From Clostridiaceae bacterium (lineage in GTDB: Bacteria; Bacillota; Clostridia; Oscillospirales; Acutalibacteraceae): a stretch of 64,000 nucleotides of DNA. Under the pieces are notes generated by a model. The model had not been told where the DNA came from. It ran no database searches and worked only from the letters and a program-made list of their open reading frames with translations. The translations under genes and the position numbers were made by a program. Shown here piece by piece: positions 27,821-37,153 of the stretch (positions are counted from its first letter, which is position 1; each line of letters opens with the position of its first letter). The stretch covers positions 1,073 through 65,072 of the forward strand of contig JAEEHB010000034.1 of assembly GCA_016280595.1 (NCBI GenBank). Reading direction: 5' to 3'.

Positions 27821-28702
27821 TCAGTTCTCCGTAAAGGTCAGTTTATCGGTAATGCCGAGAGTTTTTTTCAGAAGGGCATTGCTCATAACGGAAGTGTCCG
27901 CACGCCTGTCTTTAAAAAACTTTTTGCCTTCTTCAAAAGTAATCGGCTTTATAAGATATTCGGGCAGACCGTTTGCTCTCGCGATTTCCAGCCCGATTTC
28001 ATACTTGGTGTAAGGTGTATCGCTCGCGATATTTATAAAAGCGGGCAGGTTTTCTTTATCGAGCGAAGCGAGTTTAAGCAGAAGGGCCGCGACTGTTTTG
28101 TAAGAGAGGGCACTGCGCCTCATACCGTCAATCATTTCGGTGCTTTCGCCTTTTCCGAGTTTCAGGCAGATATTATCGTAAAAACTTGTTTTGCCGCTGA
28201 GAAGCGATTTGCCCGTCATAAACGGAAGCCTGGCGCAGGTGAAGCCGTGAGAGGCAACTATATGCTCCGCTTCCGCTTTCTGGTCGCCGTAAACATTTAC
28301 CGGGCAGAGGTCGTCGGACTCCGAAAAAGCGGGTATATTCTCCGGGTTTTCGCCGTAAACACAGTCGGTGGAGGCGAAAAACAGTTTGTCAATGTCCGGC
28401 ATAATCTCAAAAAATCTTTCGAGCGCGGTAACATTTATTTCCCAGGCGGCGTGGTGATTTGAAAACACTCTGTCAATGTTATGCTCAGCCGCAAGGTAAA
28501 ATACAACCGGCTTTTCGCCTTCGCAATGCGAGGCGAGGTTTGCAAGGTCCTCTTCTTTTGTCACATCGCACTTTACCGCCTGCACTCCGGGCACGGAAAT
28601 GCGGTTTTCCGTGCGGTAGGTACATATTGTTTTTTCTCCCGAACGCACGGCGGCTTCAGCTATGTAACTGCCGAGAAATCCGCATCCCACAATCAGAATC
28701 AT
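27821..28702 (-). CDS. RmlD-like NDP-4-keto-sugar reductase
   Basis: GCGFLG, STDCVYG, YGDQK (YxxxK). Confidence 0.8.
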   Translation of the reverse strand: MILIVGCGFLGSYIAEAAVRSGEKTICTYRTENRISVPGVQAVKCDVTKEEDLANLASHCEGEKPVVFYLAAEHNIDRVFSNHHAAWEINVTALERFFEIMPDIDKLFFASTDCVYGENPENIPAFSESDDLCPVNVYGDQKAEAEHIVASHGFTCARLPFMTGKSLLSGKTSFYDNICLKLGKGESTEMIDGMRRSALSYKTVAALLLKLASLDKENLPAFINIASDTPYTKYEIGLEIARANGLPEYLIKPITFEEGKKFFKDRRADTSVMSNALLKKTLGITDKLTFTEN

Positions 28703-28706
28703 TTTC

Positions 28707-30614
28707 TTACCTCAAATAGTTGATTTCGTTTCTGCCGTAAACCGTTCTTCCCCTGCGTCTGCCGAACCACACGGTTTCTTTAGCGTATTCGGGCAGGCTG
28801 TCATACACGGGCGACGGCTTTATCTCTATTTTTCCGTCATATTTTTCAAGCACGGGCTTTTCGCCCTTTATTATCATATCAAAAAACTTCGGGAAATCAT
28901 AGCCGGGCGTCAGCACTATGCCTTTGTCAAACGGCTTTCTGAGCACGGCTTTCTGATATTCGAGCAGAGCGGCAAAGAGCCCGCTTTCAATATCATATTT
29001 TTTGATGTACGGGAGAAGTTCACTCATAAACCCGTCGAGATGAGTCACCGCCTCAAGGAAGGCGCCCTCCTCAAAAAACCAGGTTACATGGCCGAATTCG
29101 GGTTTATGATAATTCCAGTCGCCGGCGAGGGAGTTTTCATATTTATCCATGAAATTCATCCACAGGTTATGCACGGCTCCCGGTGTATTCATTATGTAAT
29201 CGAGAAGACCCGAATAGAAATCATAAAAACTTACGCCTTTTTCCTCGTGCAGATACATAGCAAAACACCTGAGGAAACCGAGACTGTGGAAGCACTGTGT
29301 GCACACGGAAAACAGGTTTGCCTGCACCCAGTCCTCGTCATTCATCGTGGAGGTTGAACGCACCAGGTAGGAATACTCGGGTATCTCCTCGTTTTTGTCG
29401 GGCGCGCTGTGAATATGATTGAAGCCGACTTTGATGACTTTTATCTTGTTTTCTTTTATGAACTCGGGCCTTGACAGATCCGAATTCGGAAGCATTTCAC
29501 AGTGATAAACGCTCAGCGAATTATGCTGCCCGTTTTCCATAAGCTTGCAGATGCCCTGACAGAAACTCTCTTTAGTTTCGCCGGGAAGCCCGAGAATAAG
29601 TTCTGAGTAGGTGGGTATGCCCGCCTCGTTGTACTTTTTCATAAGGCTCGAGAAATGTTCCATCGTCAGATTCTTTCTGCCGATTTTTTCGAGCGCGGCA
29701 TCCGAGAGAGTCTGGTACGCCATGGTTGCGCCCTTATCCATACCCTCGCTGTTAAGCAGACTGCAGATTCTGAAAACGCGGTCTGCACTGTTTTTTTCAT
29801 AGCAGGGTCTGAATACCTGCGGAAAGCCGTATTTTCTTTTTGCGGCAACAAGTGCCTGCGCTATTTCGTAGTCTCTGTCAAACATACCGAAGTTTGAATC
29901 GGCGCAGAAGCAGTAGGCGATTTTGTGAAGGGCGAGCCACTCGATTTCCGCGAGCACTTTTTCCATAGGGAAAAATCTCATTTTTCTGCCCGTGACCCAG
30001 TCGCAGTAAGCGCAGTTGTAGGGGCAGCCCCTGTTGGTTTCAAGCACGCTGAGAAATTCCATACCGGGATTTTCGTCAATTATTCTGTCAAACACTCCGG
30101 TAAGATAAGGGGAGGGATAGGGTATCTCTTTCCCTTCGGCGCATTTCTTCGGTGTCTTTACAACCTTGCCGTTTTCTCTGTAAGCGATTGAAGGCACAAG
30201 TGAGTATTCGCCGCGCGGAATCTTTCTGAGCACTTCGGCAAATACGGTTTCACCCTCGCCGAAGGTGAGAAAATCTATGTAGGGCTCACTTTCGAGCATC
30301 GAGGCGTCCTCGTCAACGCTGTGACCGCCGAAGGTGATAATGCAATCGGGGTATTTTTCGCGCACCGCCTTTGCGAGCGCCTTGTCATACTCGGTATTCC
30401 ACACACTGCACGAAAACGCGACAAGATACGGATCCTTTATTTTTTCAAGAGCATCCGCAATCTTTTCGCGTCTGAATATTATATCGGCGAAATCATATTC
30501 TGTTTTCAGGTCAGCCTGTGACAGGCAGTAGGCAATCAGGGTGCCGGCGGCATAGGGGAGGTAAACGGAGCCGTCAAACTCAAAGCCCACCTGGACAAAA
30601 TATACTTTTTTCAT
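28707..30614 (-). CDS. Cobalamin-binding radical SAM protein
   Basis: N-terminal B12-binding-type domain (FSCSVWN, FGGH, GEGE); ETNRGCPYNCAYCDW (CxxxCxxC); DSNFG; LILGLPGET. Confidence 0.88.
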   Translation of the reverse strand: MKKVYFVQVGFEFDGSVYLPYAAGTLIAYCLSQADLKTEYDFADIIFRREKIADALEKIKDPYLVAFSCSVWNTEYDKALAKAVREKYPDCIITFGGHSVDEDASMLESEPYIDFLTFGEGETVFAEVLRKIPRGEYSLVPSIAYRENGKVVKTPKKCAEGKEIPYPSPYLTGVFDRIIDENPGMEFLSVLETNRGCPYNCAYCDWVTGRKMRFFPMEKVLAEIEWLALHKIAYCFCADSNFGMFDRDYEIAQALVAAKRKYGFPQVFRPCYEKNSADRVFRICSLLNSEGMDKGATMAYQTLSDAALEKIGRKNLTMEHFSSLMKKYNEAGIPTYSELILGLPGETKESFCQGICKLMENGQHNSLSVYHCEMLPNSDLSRPEFIKENKIKVIKVGFNHIHSAPDKNEEIPEYSYLVRSTSTMNDEDWVQANLFSVCTQCFHSLGFLRCFAMYLHEEKGVSFYDFYSGLLDYIMNTPGAVHNLWMNFMDKYENSLAGDWNYHKPEFGHVTWFFEEGAFLEAVTHLDGFMSELLPYIKKYDIESGLFAALLEYQKAVLRKPFDKGIVLTPGYDFPKFFDMIIKGEKPVLEKYDGKIEIKPSPVYDSLPEYAKETVWFGRRRGRTVYGRNEINYLR

Positions 30615-30621
30615 ATGTGTG

Positions 30622-30993
30622 TCAATCCGTCAGTATATCCTTACTCCCGTCCTCTCTTTCAACCGCTTTAGTGTAAAGGACGACGAGATTTGTATTTTCA
30701 AGATATTCAAATGTGTGGCGCACACCTGCGGGCAGGGTAAACATTTCGCCCTGTGCGAAGATTCTTTCTTCCTCTTCGTCTTCAAGGCGCGCCGTTACCT
30801 TTACCTTACCCGAGCCGACATAAAAGGTTTCGTCGGACATGGCGTGATAGTGCATATTGCCTCTCACCGCGCCTTTTTCTGTGTAAACAAAGTTAACCTG
30901 CTCATAGCCCGAGTGAACAAGCTGAGCGAGGGTGCCGCGCTCGTCGGTAAAGGTAAAATCGGGTTTTACAATCTTAATAAGCATATCAGACAT
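30622..30993 (-). CDS. Cupin-fold NDP-sugar epimerase/isomerase
   Basis: DERG, RGNMHYH...E and H cupin motifs. Confidence 0.75.
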   Translation of the reverse strand: MSDMLIKIVKPDFTFTDERGTLAQLVHSGYEQVNFVYTEKGAVRGNMHYHAMSDETFYVGSGKVKVTARLEDEEEERIFAQGEMFTLPAGVRHTFEYLENTNLVVLYTKAVEREDGSKDILTD

Positions 30994-31921
30994 TCCCGTA
31001 AAATGAGTTTTTGATTATCGAATAGGCTTTTATCAGCTCGGCAATTCCGTCCTCGAGCGTGTACTGTGTCTTATATCCGAGTTTTTCAATCTTTTCGTTT
31101 GATACAATGTAATTGCGCTTGTCGGGGTCGGAGTTTACCTGGCTTTCAATGTAAGTGAAATCGGGAATCTGCTCCTTGATTTTTGCGCAGAGCTCGAGTT
31201 TTGAAATGTTCGCGCTGCTCAGGCCGCAGTTGAAGGTCTGCCCGTTCATTCTGTCAAAGTTTTCAATCGCAAAGATAAATGCGCGCGCGGCGTCTCTCAC
31301 GTGCAGAAAATTCCTTTTGAAATCGCCCTCGAATATCACATTGAATCTGTCAAACACGGCGCGGTAAACGAAGTCGTTTACAAGCAGGTCCGTGCGCATT
31401 CTCGGTGACGCGCCGAAAAGGGTAGCAAAGCGGAAGGTAACGGAGTTGCCCGCATCAAGCACCGCTTTTTCAGCCTCCATCTTGGTTTTGCCGTAAAGGG
31501 AAATCGGAGCAATCGGAGATTCCTCGGTGCAGTATTCCTGACCCTGACCGAGACCGTAGCCGCTGTTGGTGCAGGGGAAGATTATTTTCTGCCCGGGAGA
31601 GCGGAGTTTTATTATAAGTTTTACGGCGTCGCAGTTAATACTCTTGGCGGCGGTTTTGTCTTTGAGGCAGGCGGGGAAACCCACTATCGCCGCGAGCGGA
31701 ATTATGATATCTTTGCCGGGCAGAAGTCCGGCTACGGTTTCTTCATCGCGGCAGTCGCCGTTTACAACCGCAAGATTTCTGTCGGCACAGCAGTCAAGTA
31801 TGGATGCCTGCCTGTAAAGGAAAGAATCAAGCACGGTAACCCTGTGCCCCTTTGCGAGAAGCATGGGCACAAGCACGCTGCCTATATATCCGGCGCCGCC
31901 GGTAATGAGAATGTCTGCCAT
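30986..31921 (-). CDS. NAD-dependent NDP-heptose C4 dehydrogenase/epimerase (Cj1427-like SDR)
   Basis: Start MADILITGGAGYIG at 31921; DIIIPLAAIVG, TNSGYG, CTEESP, YGKTK, SPRMRTDLLVNDF, GLSSAN and DPDKRNY match C. jejuni Cj1427 as I recall it. Confidence 0.8.
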   Translation of the reverse strand: MADILITGGAGYIGSVLVPMLLAKGHRVTVLDSFLYRQASILDCCADRNLAVVNGDCRDEETVAGLLPGKDIIIPLAAIVGFPACLKDKTAAKSINCDAVKLIIKLRSPGQKIIFPCTNSGYGLGQGQEYCTEESPIAPISLYGKTKMEAEKAVLDAGNSVTFRFATLFGASPRMRTDLLVNDFVYRAVFDRFNVIFEGDFKRNFLHVRDAARAFIFAIENFDRMNGQTFNCGLSSANISKLELCAKIKEQIPDFTYIESQVNSDPDKRNYIVSNEKIEKLGYKTQYTLEDGIAELIKAYSIIKNSFYGNV

Positions 31922-31972
31922 AATGTCTACGCGGAAAACCGCACTCCGTTCTCTACATATTTTTACAAGCAT

Positions 31973-32001
31973 ATAATATCATAGTAAATAATAAAAAGCA
32001 A
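31973..32001 (-). promoter_or_regulatory. Sigma-A promoter of the heptose operon
   Basis: TTGCTT-17-TATTAT with extended TG on the minus strand. Confidence 0.6.
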
Positions 32002-32018
32002 CCACACATATAAATCAA

Positions 32019-32047
32019 AAAAGGCGGAGGGGTTTACCCTCCGCTTT
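32019..32047 (-). terminator. Terminator after the lipoprotein gene
   Basis: AAAGGCGGAGGG...CCCTCCGCTTT with a U-run on the minus strand. Confidence 0.75.
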
Positions 32048-32064
32048 GAGTATTTGCAAATGAA

Positions 32065-32985
32065 TTAATATTTGAAATCTTTGTAGATGATATGAGTGGT
32101 GCCGGTCGCCGTGCCGGAGCCGATGCCGATATCTATCGCAACGCTGATGTCGTATGTTACGGTAAGACCTACGAGTTCGCCGCTGACTGCGTCTATTTCG
32201 GCAACTATCTTTGCGTTTTTATAGTTTTCTTTGATGTCCGCGCCTTCATAGGTGCCCGCAATCGCGTCATAGATTACTTCGGCTGTTTTGTGGTCGTAGT
32301 AATTCTTGTCTTCCTTACCTACGCAGATGCCGCACTTGTCAATCGGAGCGGAGGTGCTTCTTTGATTTTTGTTGCCTACGCTGCTGCCGGGTTTAACATT
32401 GATTATGAGTGTGTAAACTCCGCCGTCCTGCTCGCACTTCGCGGAGATGATGTCCGCTTCGCTGAGAGTGCTCTTGCGCAGATAATGTCTCTTTGCGTCG
32501 CCGTCCCAGTTGCCCTTAGCAACTTTTTCGCTGTATTTGTTATCTTCGCCTATGCCGACAAATTTTTCAACAAGGCCTTTGAAGGGCTTGAGGGCAACGC
32601 TCATATCGAAGTTTGCGCTGTCGGTGTAGCGCTCTTTTGAGAAGCCCGCCTTCTTGCTGTAAGCGTTATTGACGGCAGTGTTGTAGAGATCGATGATTTC
32701 TTTTGTGTTCTGGGGAGCGGCAACAACGGATGCTTCCTCTGCCGCTTCACTTGATTCTTCTTCTGCCGCGGAGGTTTCGGCTTCGCTCTTGCTCTCTTCT
32801 TCCTTCGCGCTTTCCTGAGTAACCGCCTCTGTTTCGCTTTCTGAAACGGCTTCGGTTTCGGTGTTTATCTCTTCGGTAACCTGTTCATCCGAAGAGGGTT
32901 CGGTGACATCTTCGCCCTTCTTGCCGCAGGAGGCAAATGCGAGCACAATAACAAAAACGAGCAGAACAGATAATAACTTTTTCAT
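32065..32985 (-). CDS. Lipoprotein of unknown function
   Basis: ATG 32985 after AAGGAG; lipobox FASC; long E/S/T/A linker. Confidence 0.75.
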   Translation of the reverse strand: MKKLLSVLLVFVIVLAFASCGKKGEDVTEPSSDEQVTEEINTETEAVSESETEAVTQESAKEEESKSEAETSAAEEESSEAAEEASVVAAPQNTKEIIDLYNTAVNNAYSKKAGFSKERYTDSANFDMSVALKPFKGLVEKFVGIGEDNKYSEKVAKGNWDGDAKRHYLRKSTLSEADIISAKCEQDGGVYTLIINVKPGSSVGNKNQRSTSAPIDKCGICVGKEDKNYYDHKTAEVIYDAIAGTYEGADIKENYKNAKIVAEIDAVSGELVGLTVTYDISVAIDIGIGSGTATGTTHIIYKDFKY

Positions 32986-33058
32986 GATTCCAATCTCCTT
33001 TGTTTTCAGAATTGCAATTCCCTGCCGCAAATAGCAACAGGGAATTTTTTGTGTTTAT

Positions 33059-34210
33059 TTATGCTTTCAGAACACGCGCTCTGATAACGCCCTCGATTGA
33101 CGCGTCAAACTCTTTGTCGGTATCGACAACGGTATATGCCATACCTTTCTTTGACTCAGTGAAGGTGGCGGCAACCTGCGCGCCGGCGGACTGAGCCGCC
33201 GCAGTTGCCTTCGCGAGGATGTCTTCGCCTTCTTTATGAAGCAGGCAGGTGCGCACTGCAAAAGAGGGGGCGAGAGATGCCGCGGGGTAGTTGACCGAAT
33301 TTTTGATTTCGCCTTTTTCAAGGTAATCCGCAATCTGCTGTGCCGCCATAACGGCGCAGTTGTCTTCACTCTCGGGTGTGGAAGCGCCGAGGTGGGGGAT
33401 GGCGGTAACGCCCTTGTGGCCTATCTGGTCATCGGTCGGGAAATCGGTTACATAAGCCGCAACCTTGCCGCTGTCAAGCGCTTCAAGAAGGGAAGCGTTG
33501 TCGCACAGTTCGCCTCTTGCAAAGTTGAGGATGCGTACGCCGTCTTTCATCTTAGCGATTGTTTCGCTGCCCACGATTCCTCTGGTGGAATCATTGAGGG
33601 GCAGATGAAGGGTGATGTAATCGGCTTTTGCGTATATGTCGTTCATATCGGCGGTGATTTCCATACCTTTTGCCCTGAAGGCGTCTGCCGCCTCTGCGCT
33701 CAGGAAGGGATCATAGCCGACTATACTCATGCCGAGAGCCTGCGCCGCGCCGGCAACGAGAGCGCCGATTGCGCCCATGCCGACAACGCCGAGAGTCTTG
33801 CCGAGAATTTCGGGGCCTACAAATGAGGACTTGCCCTTTTCAACAAGTTTGCCTACATTGTCGCCTTCACCCTTAAGGGTTTTGCACCAGTCGATTGAAT
33901 CGGCGATTTTTCTTGAGGAGAGGAAAAGTGCGCACACAACGAGTTCTTTAACCGCGTTTGCGTTTGCGCCGGGAGTGTTGAATACAACAACGCCCTTTTC
34001 CGCAAAATCGGCAACGGGGATGTTATTGACACCCGCGCCGGCTCTTGCCACGGCAACGGTCTTGTCGCTCAGAGCCATCTCGTGCATTGAGGCGGACCTT
34101 ACGAGCACCGCATCGGGAGCGGCTACACTGTCGGAGCAGGCGTACTTTGCGCCGTCAAGTTTATCAAGGCCGATTTTTGATATTTTGTTGAGAGTAAGAA
34201 TATCGTACAT
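33059..34210 (-). CDS. serA: D-3-phosphoglycerate dehydrogenase
   Basis: ARAGAGVNNI, GMGAIG, NFARG, PHLGAST; follows serC. Confidence 0.9.
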   Translation of the reverse strand: MYDILTLNKISKIGLDKLDGAKYACSDSVAAPDAVLVRSASMHEMALSDKTVAVARAGAGVNNIPVADFAEKGVVVFNTPGANANAVKELVVCALFLSSRKIADSIDWCKTLKGEGDNVGKLVEKGKSSFVGPEILGKTLGVVGMGAIGALVAGAAQALGMSIVGYDPFLSAEAADAFRAKGMEITADMNDIYAKADYITLHLPLNDSTRGIVGSETIAKMKDGVRILNFARGELCDNASLLEALDSGKVAAYVTDFPTDDQIGHKGVTAIPHLGASTPESEDNCAVMAAQQIADYLEKGEIKNSVNYPAASLAPSFAVRTCLLHKEGEDILAKATAAAQSAGAQVAATFTESKKGMAYTVVDTDKEFDASIEGVIRARVLKA

Positions 34211-34222
34211 TTTTTACCCTCC

Positions 34223-35302
34223 TCAGTTGTTCTTTTCGAATTCGGACATGAAGTCAACAAGTTTTTCAACGCCTTCAACGGGCATTGCGTTGTAGATGCT
34301 GGCTCTCATACCGCCTACGGAGCGGTGGCCCTTGAGGTTTACAAATCCCGCGTCGGCAGCCTCTTTTACGAATTTCGCATTGAGTTCGTCGCTGTCGGTA
34401 ACGAAGGTTACGTTCATCATAGAGCGGTCCTTCGGGTTTACGGGGTTATGGAACATCTCACTGCCGTCAAGGTAATTGTAAAGAATGGCGGCTTTCTTTT
34501 CGTTGCGGAGTTTGAGTGCCTCAAGACCGCCGAGATTCTTTATCCACTCGAGCACGAGTTTGCACATATAGATTGAGTAGCAGGGAGGAGTGTTATACAT
34601 TGAATCGTTGTCGGCAAGAGTCTTGTAGTCGAGCATAACGGGAGTATAGTCTCTCGCGTGGCCGAGAAGATCCTCGCGTACTATTACAACGGTAAGGCCT
34701 GCGGGAGCAACGTTCTTCTGCGCGCCGCCGTAGATAACGCCGTATTTGGAAACATCCATAGGCTCGGAAAGGAAGCAGGATGAAACATCGGCGATAAGGG
34801 GAACATTGCCCGTGTCGGGAAGTTCGGTGAAGCGGGTGCCGTAGATAGTGTTGTTCTGGCAGATGTAGAAGTAGTCGGCGTCGGGGGTGAAGTTTGCCTT
34901 GTCAAGAGCGGGAATGCAGGAGAAATTCTGCTCTTTTGAGGAGGCAACTACTTTGATGTCGCCGTATTTGGTGGCCTCTTTGTAGGCCTTGGTTGAAAAC
35001 TGACCTGAAAGCACATAGTCCGCTTTTCCGCTTCCGTTGAGGAAGTTGAGGGGGATAGCCGCAAACTGAGTGGATGCGCCGCCCTGGCAGAAAATGATTT
35101 TATAGTTTTCGGGTACGTTAAGTACTTCTCTGAAAAGGTCAAGTGCGCCGTAAATGATGGGCTCATATGCCTTTGAACGGTGGCTCATTTCGAGCACCGA
35201 CTGACCTGTGCCGTTGTAGTCAAGCATTTCCTCGGCGGCTCTGTTGAGCACGCTCTCGGGGAGCATTGAGGGACCGGCTGAAAAATTGTAAACTCTTGCC
35301 AT
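34223..35302 (-). CDS. serC: Phosphoserine aminotransferase
   Basis: YNFSAGP, EMSHRS, GAQKN, GHRSVGGMRAS; start MARVY at 35302. Confidence 0.97.
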   Translation of the reverse strand: MARVYNFSAGPSMLPESVLNRAAEEMLDYNGTGQSVLEMSHRSKAYEPIIYGALDLFREVLNVPENYKIIFCQGGASTQFAAIPLNFLNGSGKADYVLSGQFSTKAYKEATKYGDIKVVASSKEQNFSCIPALDKANFTPDADYFYICQNNTIYGTRFTELPDTGNVPLIADVSSCFLSEPMDVSKYGVIYGGAQKNVAPAGLTVVIVREDLLGHARDYTPVMLDYKTLADNDSMYNTPPCYSIYMCKLVLEWIKNLGGLEALKLRNEKKAAILYNYLDGSEMFHNPVNPKDRSMMNVTFVTDSDELNAKFVKEAADAGFVNLKGHRSVGGMRASIYNAMPVEGVEKLVDFMSEFEKNN

Positions 35303-35336
35303 TTGTGTATATCCTTCTTTCAATAGTATTGCGTGA

Positions 35337-37136
35337 TTATTCGGCGCTTTCGGCTTCCTGCTCAACACAGGCTATACCGAGATCCGAAAGCTGAACGCCG
35401 TCAACGGCGGCGGGGCAGTCTGTCATAGGTTCGCTTGCGTTCTGCACTTTGGGGTATGCGATTACATCCCTGAGCGATTCACACGCGAGCATCTGCATAA
35501 TCAGACGGTCGAGGCCTATGCCCATGCCTCCGTGAGGCGGAGCGCCGTATTTGAATGCGTCAAGCAGATATCCGAATTTTTCGTGCGCCTCTTCGTCGGT
35601 AAGACCGAGAAGTGAGAAAATCCTGCCCTGAAGCGCGGGATCCGTGATTCTGATTGAGCCTGAGGAGAGCTCGATGCCGTTTAATACAAGGTCGTAAGCC
35701 TTTGCCCTGACGCTTGCTTTATCCGTTTCGAGATAGTCGAGGCATTCGTCCATAGGAGCGGTGAAAGGATGGTGCATTGCAACAAACTGACCCGCTTCCT
35801 CATCCCAGTCAAAGAACGGAAATTCGGTTATCCACAGCAGATTATATTTGTCTTTGGGTATTATGTCAAGCCTCTTGGCAACGATTTGGCGAAGTGCACC
35901 TAAAACGGATAAAACGAGTGAATTTTTATTGTCACCTATTATAAGAATGACATCGCCGTTTTCCGCGCCTGCCTTTTCAAAAATCGCTTTCATCTCGTCT
36001 TCGGTCATGAACTTCGAGAAGGAGGCATTGTATTCGCCGTCCTCACCGATTCTGATATAGGCGAGACCTTTTGCGCCTATACCCTTTGCGTCGAGGGTGA
36101 GTTTGTCAATCTCCTTGCGGGTGAGCACGGAGTAGGCGCCTTTTGCGTTTATGCATCTCACGGAGCCGCCGCCCTCTATGGCAGACGTGAAAACTCCGAA
36201 TCCGCAACTCTTTACTATATCGCTCAGGTCGGTGATTTCAAGGCCGTATCTGGTGTCCGGCTTGTCACTGCCGTAGCGCTCCATAGCCTCTTTATAAGTG
36301 AGCCTGGGCAGGGGCAGGGGAATGTCAACACCGATTGCCTCTTTGAAAACTCTCTGCATATAGCCCTCGCCGATTGAAAGCACATCCTCCATATCGACAA
36401 AGGACATTTCAAGGTCTATCTGGGTGAATTCGGGCTGTCTGTCCGCCCTGAGGTCTTCATCGCGGAAGCATCTCGCAATCTGCATATATCTGTCAAAGCC
36501 CGCGACCATCGAAAGCTGTTTGTAAAGCTGAGGGGACTGGGGCAGAGCGTAAAACTTGCCCTTGTGTACTCTTGAAGGCACAAGATAGTCTCTGGCGCCC
36601 TCGGGTGTTGATTTGATTAAAATCGGGGTTTCTATTTCGATGAAACCGTTTTCGTCAAAGTAATCACGGGTGATTTTCGTGATTTTGTGACGCATTATGA
36701 TATTCTTCTGAAGGTCGGGCCTTCTGAGGTCGAGATATCTGTATTTGAGGCGGGTAAGTTCCGCAGTCTGGCTGTTTTCCGCAATTTCAAAGGGCGGAGT
36801 TTCGCTCTTTGCGAGCACGCGAAGTTCGAGCACTTCTATCTCAATATCGCCTGTGGGAATTTCGGAGTTTTTGTTTGAGCGCTCCCTGACTTTTCCCCTT
36901 GCGGCGAGCACGAATTCGCTCCTTGCGGCAAAGGCCTTGTCAAAGATTTCCTTTTCGGTGCTTTCGTCAAAAGCGAGCTGAACTATACCCGTTCTGTCAC
37001 GCAGGTCTATGAATATGAGCGAGCCGAGGTCTCTCTGTCTCTGCACCCAGCCCGTTACCGTAACTTCTCTGCCGGCATCCGTAATTCTGAGATTGCCGCA
37101 GTAGTCGGTTCTTTTTAATCCGGTTAAAGTTTCCAT
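35337..37136 (-). CDS. aspS: Aspartate--tRNA ligase
   Basis: FIDLRDRTG, YRYLDLRR, LPQSPQ, FRDEDLRADRQPEFTQ, PPHGG. Confidence 0.98.
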   Translation of the reverse strand: METLTGLKRTDYCGNLRITDAGREVTVTGWVQRQRDLGSLIFIDLRDRTGIVQLAFDESTEKEIFDKAFAARSEFVLAARGKVRERSNKNSEIPTGDIEIEVLELRVLAKSETPPFEIAENSQTAELTRLKYRYLDLRRPDLQKNIIMRHKITKITRDYFDENGFIEIETPILIKSTPEGARDYLVPSRVHKGKFYALPQSPQLYKQLSMVAGFDRYMQIARCFRDEDLRADRQPEFTQIDLEMSFVDMEDVLSIGEGYMQRVFKEAIGVDIPLPLPRLTYKEAMERYGSDKPDTRYGLEITDLSDIVKSCGFGVFTSAIEGGGSVRCINAKGAYSVLTRKEIDKLTLDAKGIGAKGLAYIRIGEDGEYNASFSKFMTEDEMKAIFEKAGAENGDVILIIGDNKNSLVLSVLGALRQIVAKRLDIIPKDKYNLLWITEFPFFDWDEEAGQFVAMHHPFTAPMDECLDYLETDKASVRAKAYDLVLNGIELSSGSIRITDPALQGRIFSLLGLTDEEAHEKFGYLLDAFKYGAPPHGGMGIGLDRLIMQMLACESLRDVIAYPKVQNASEPMTDCPAAVDGVQLSDLGIACVEQEAESAE

Positions 37137-37153
37137 TTATGTTTATCCTTCTT

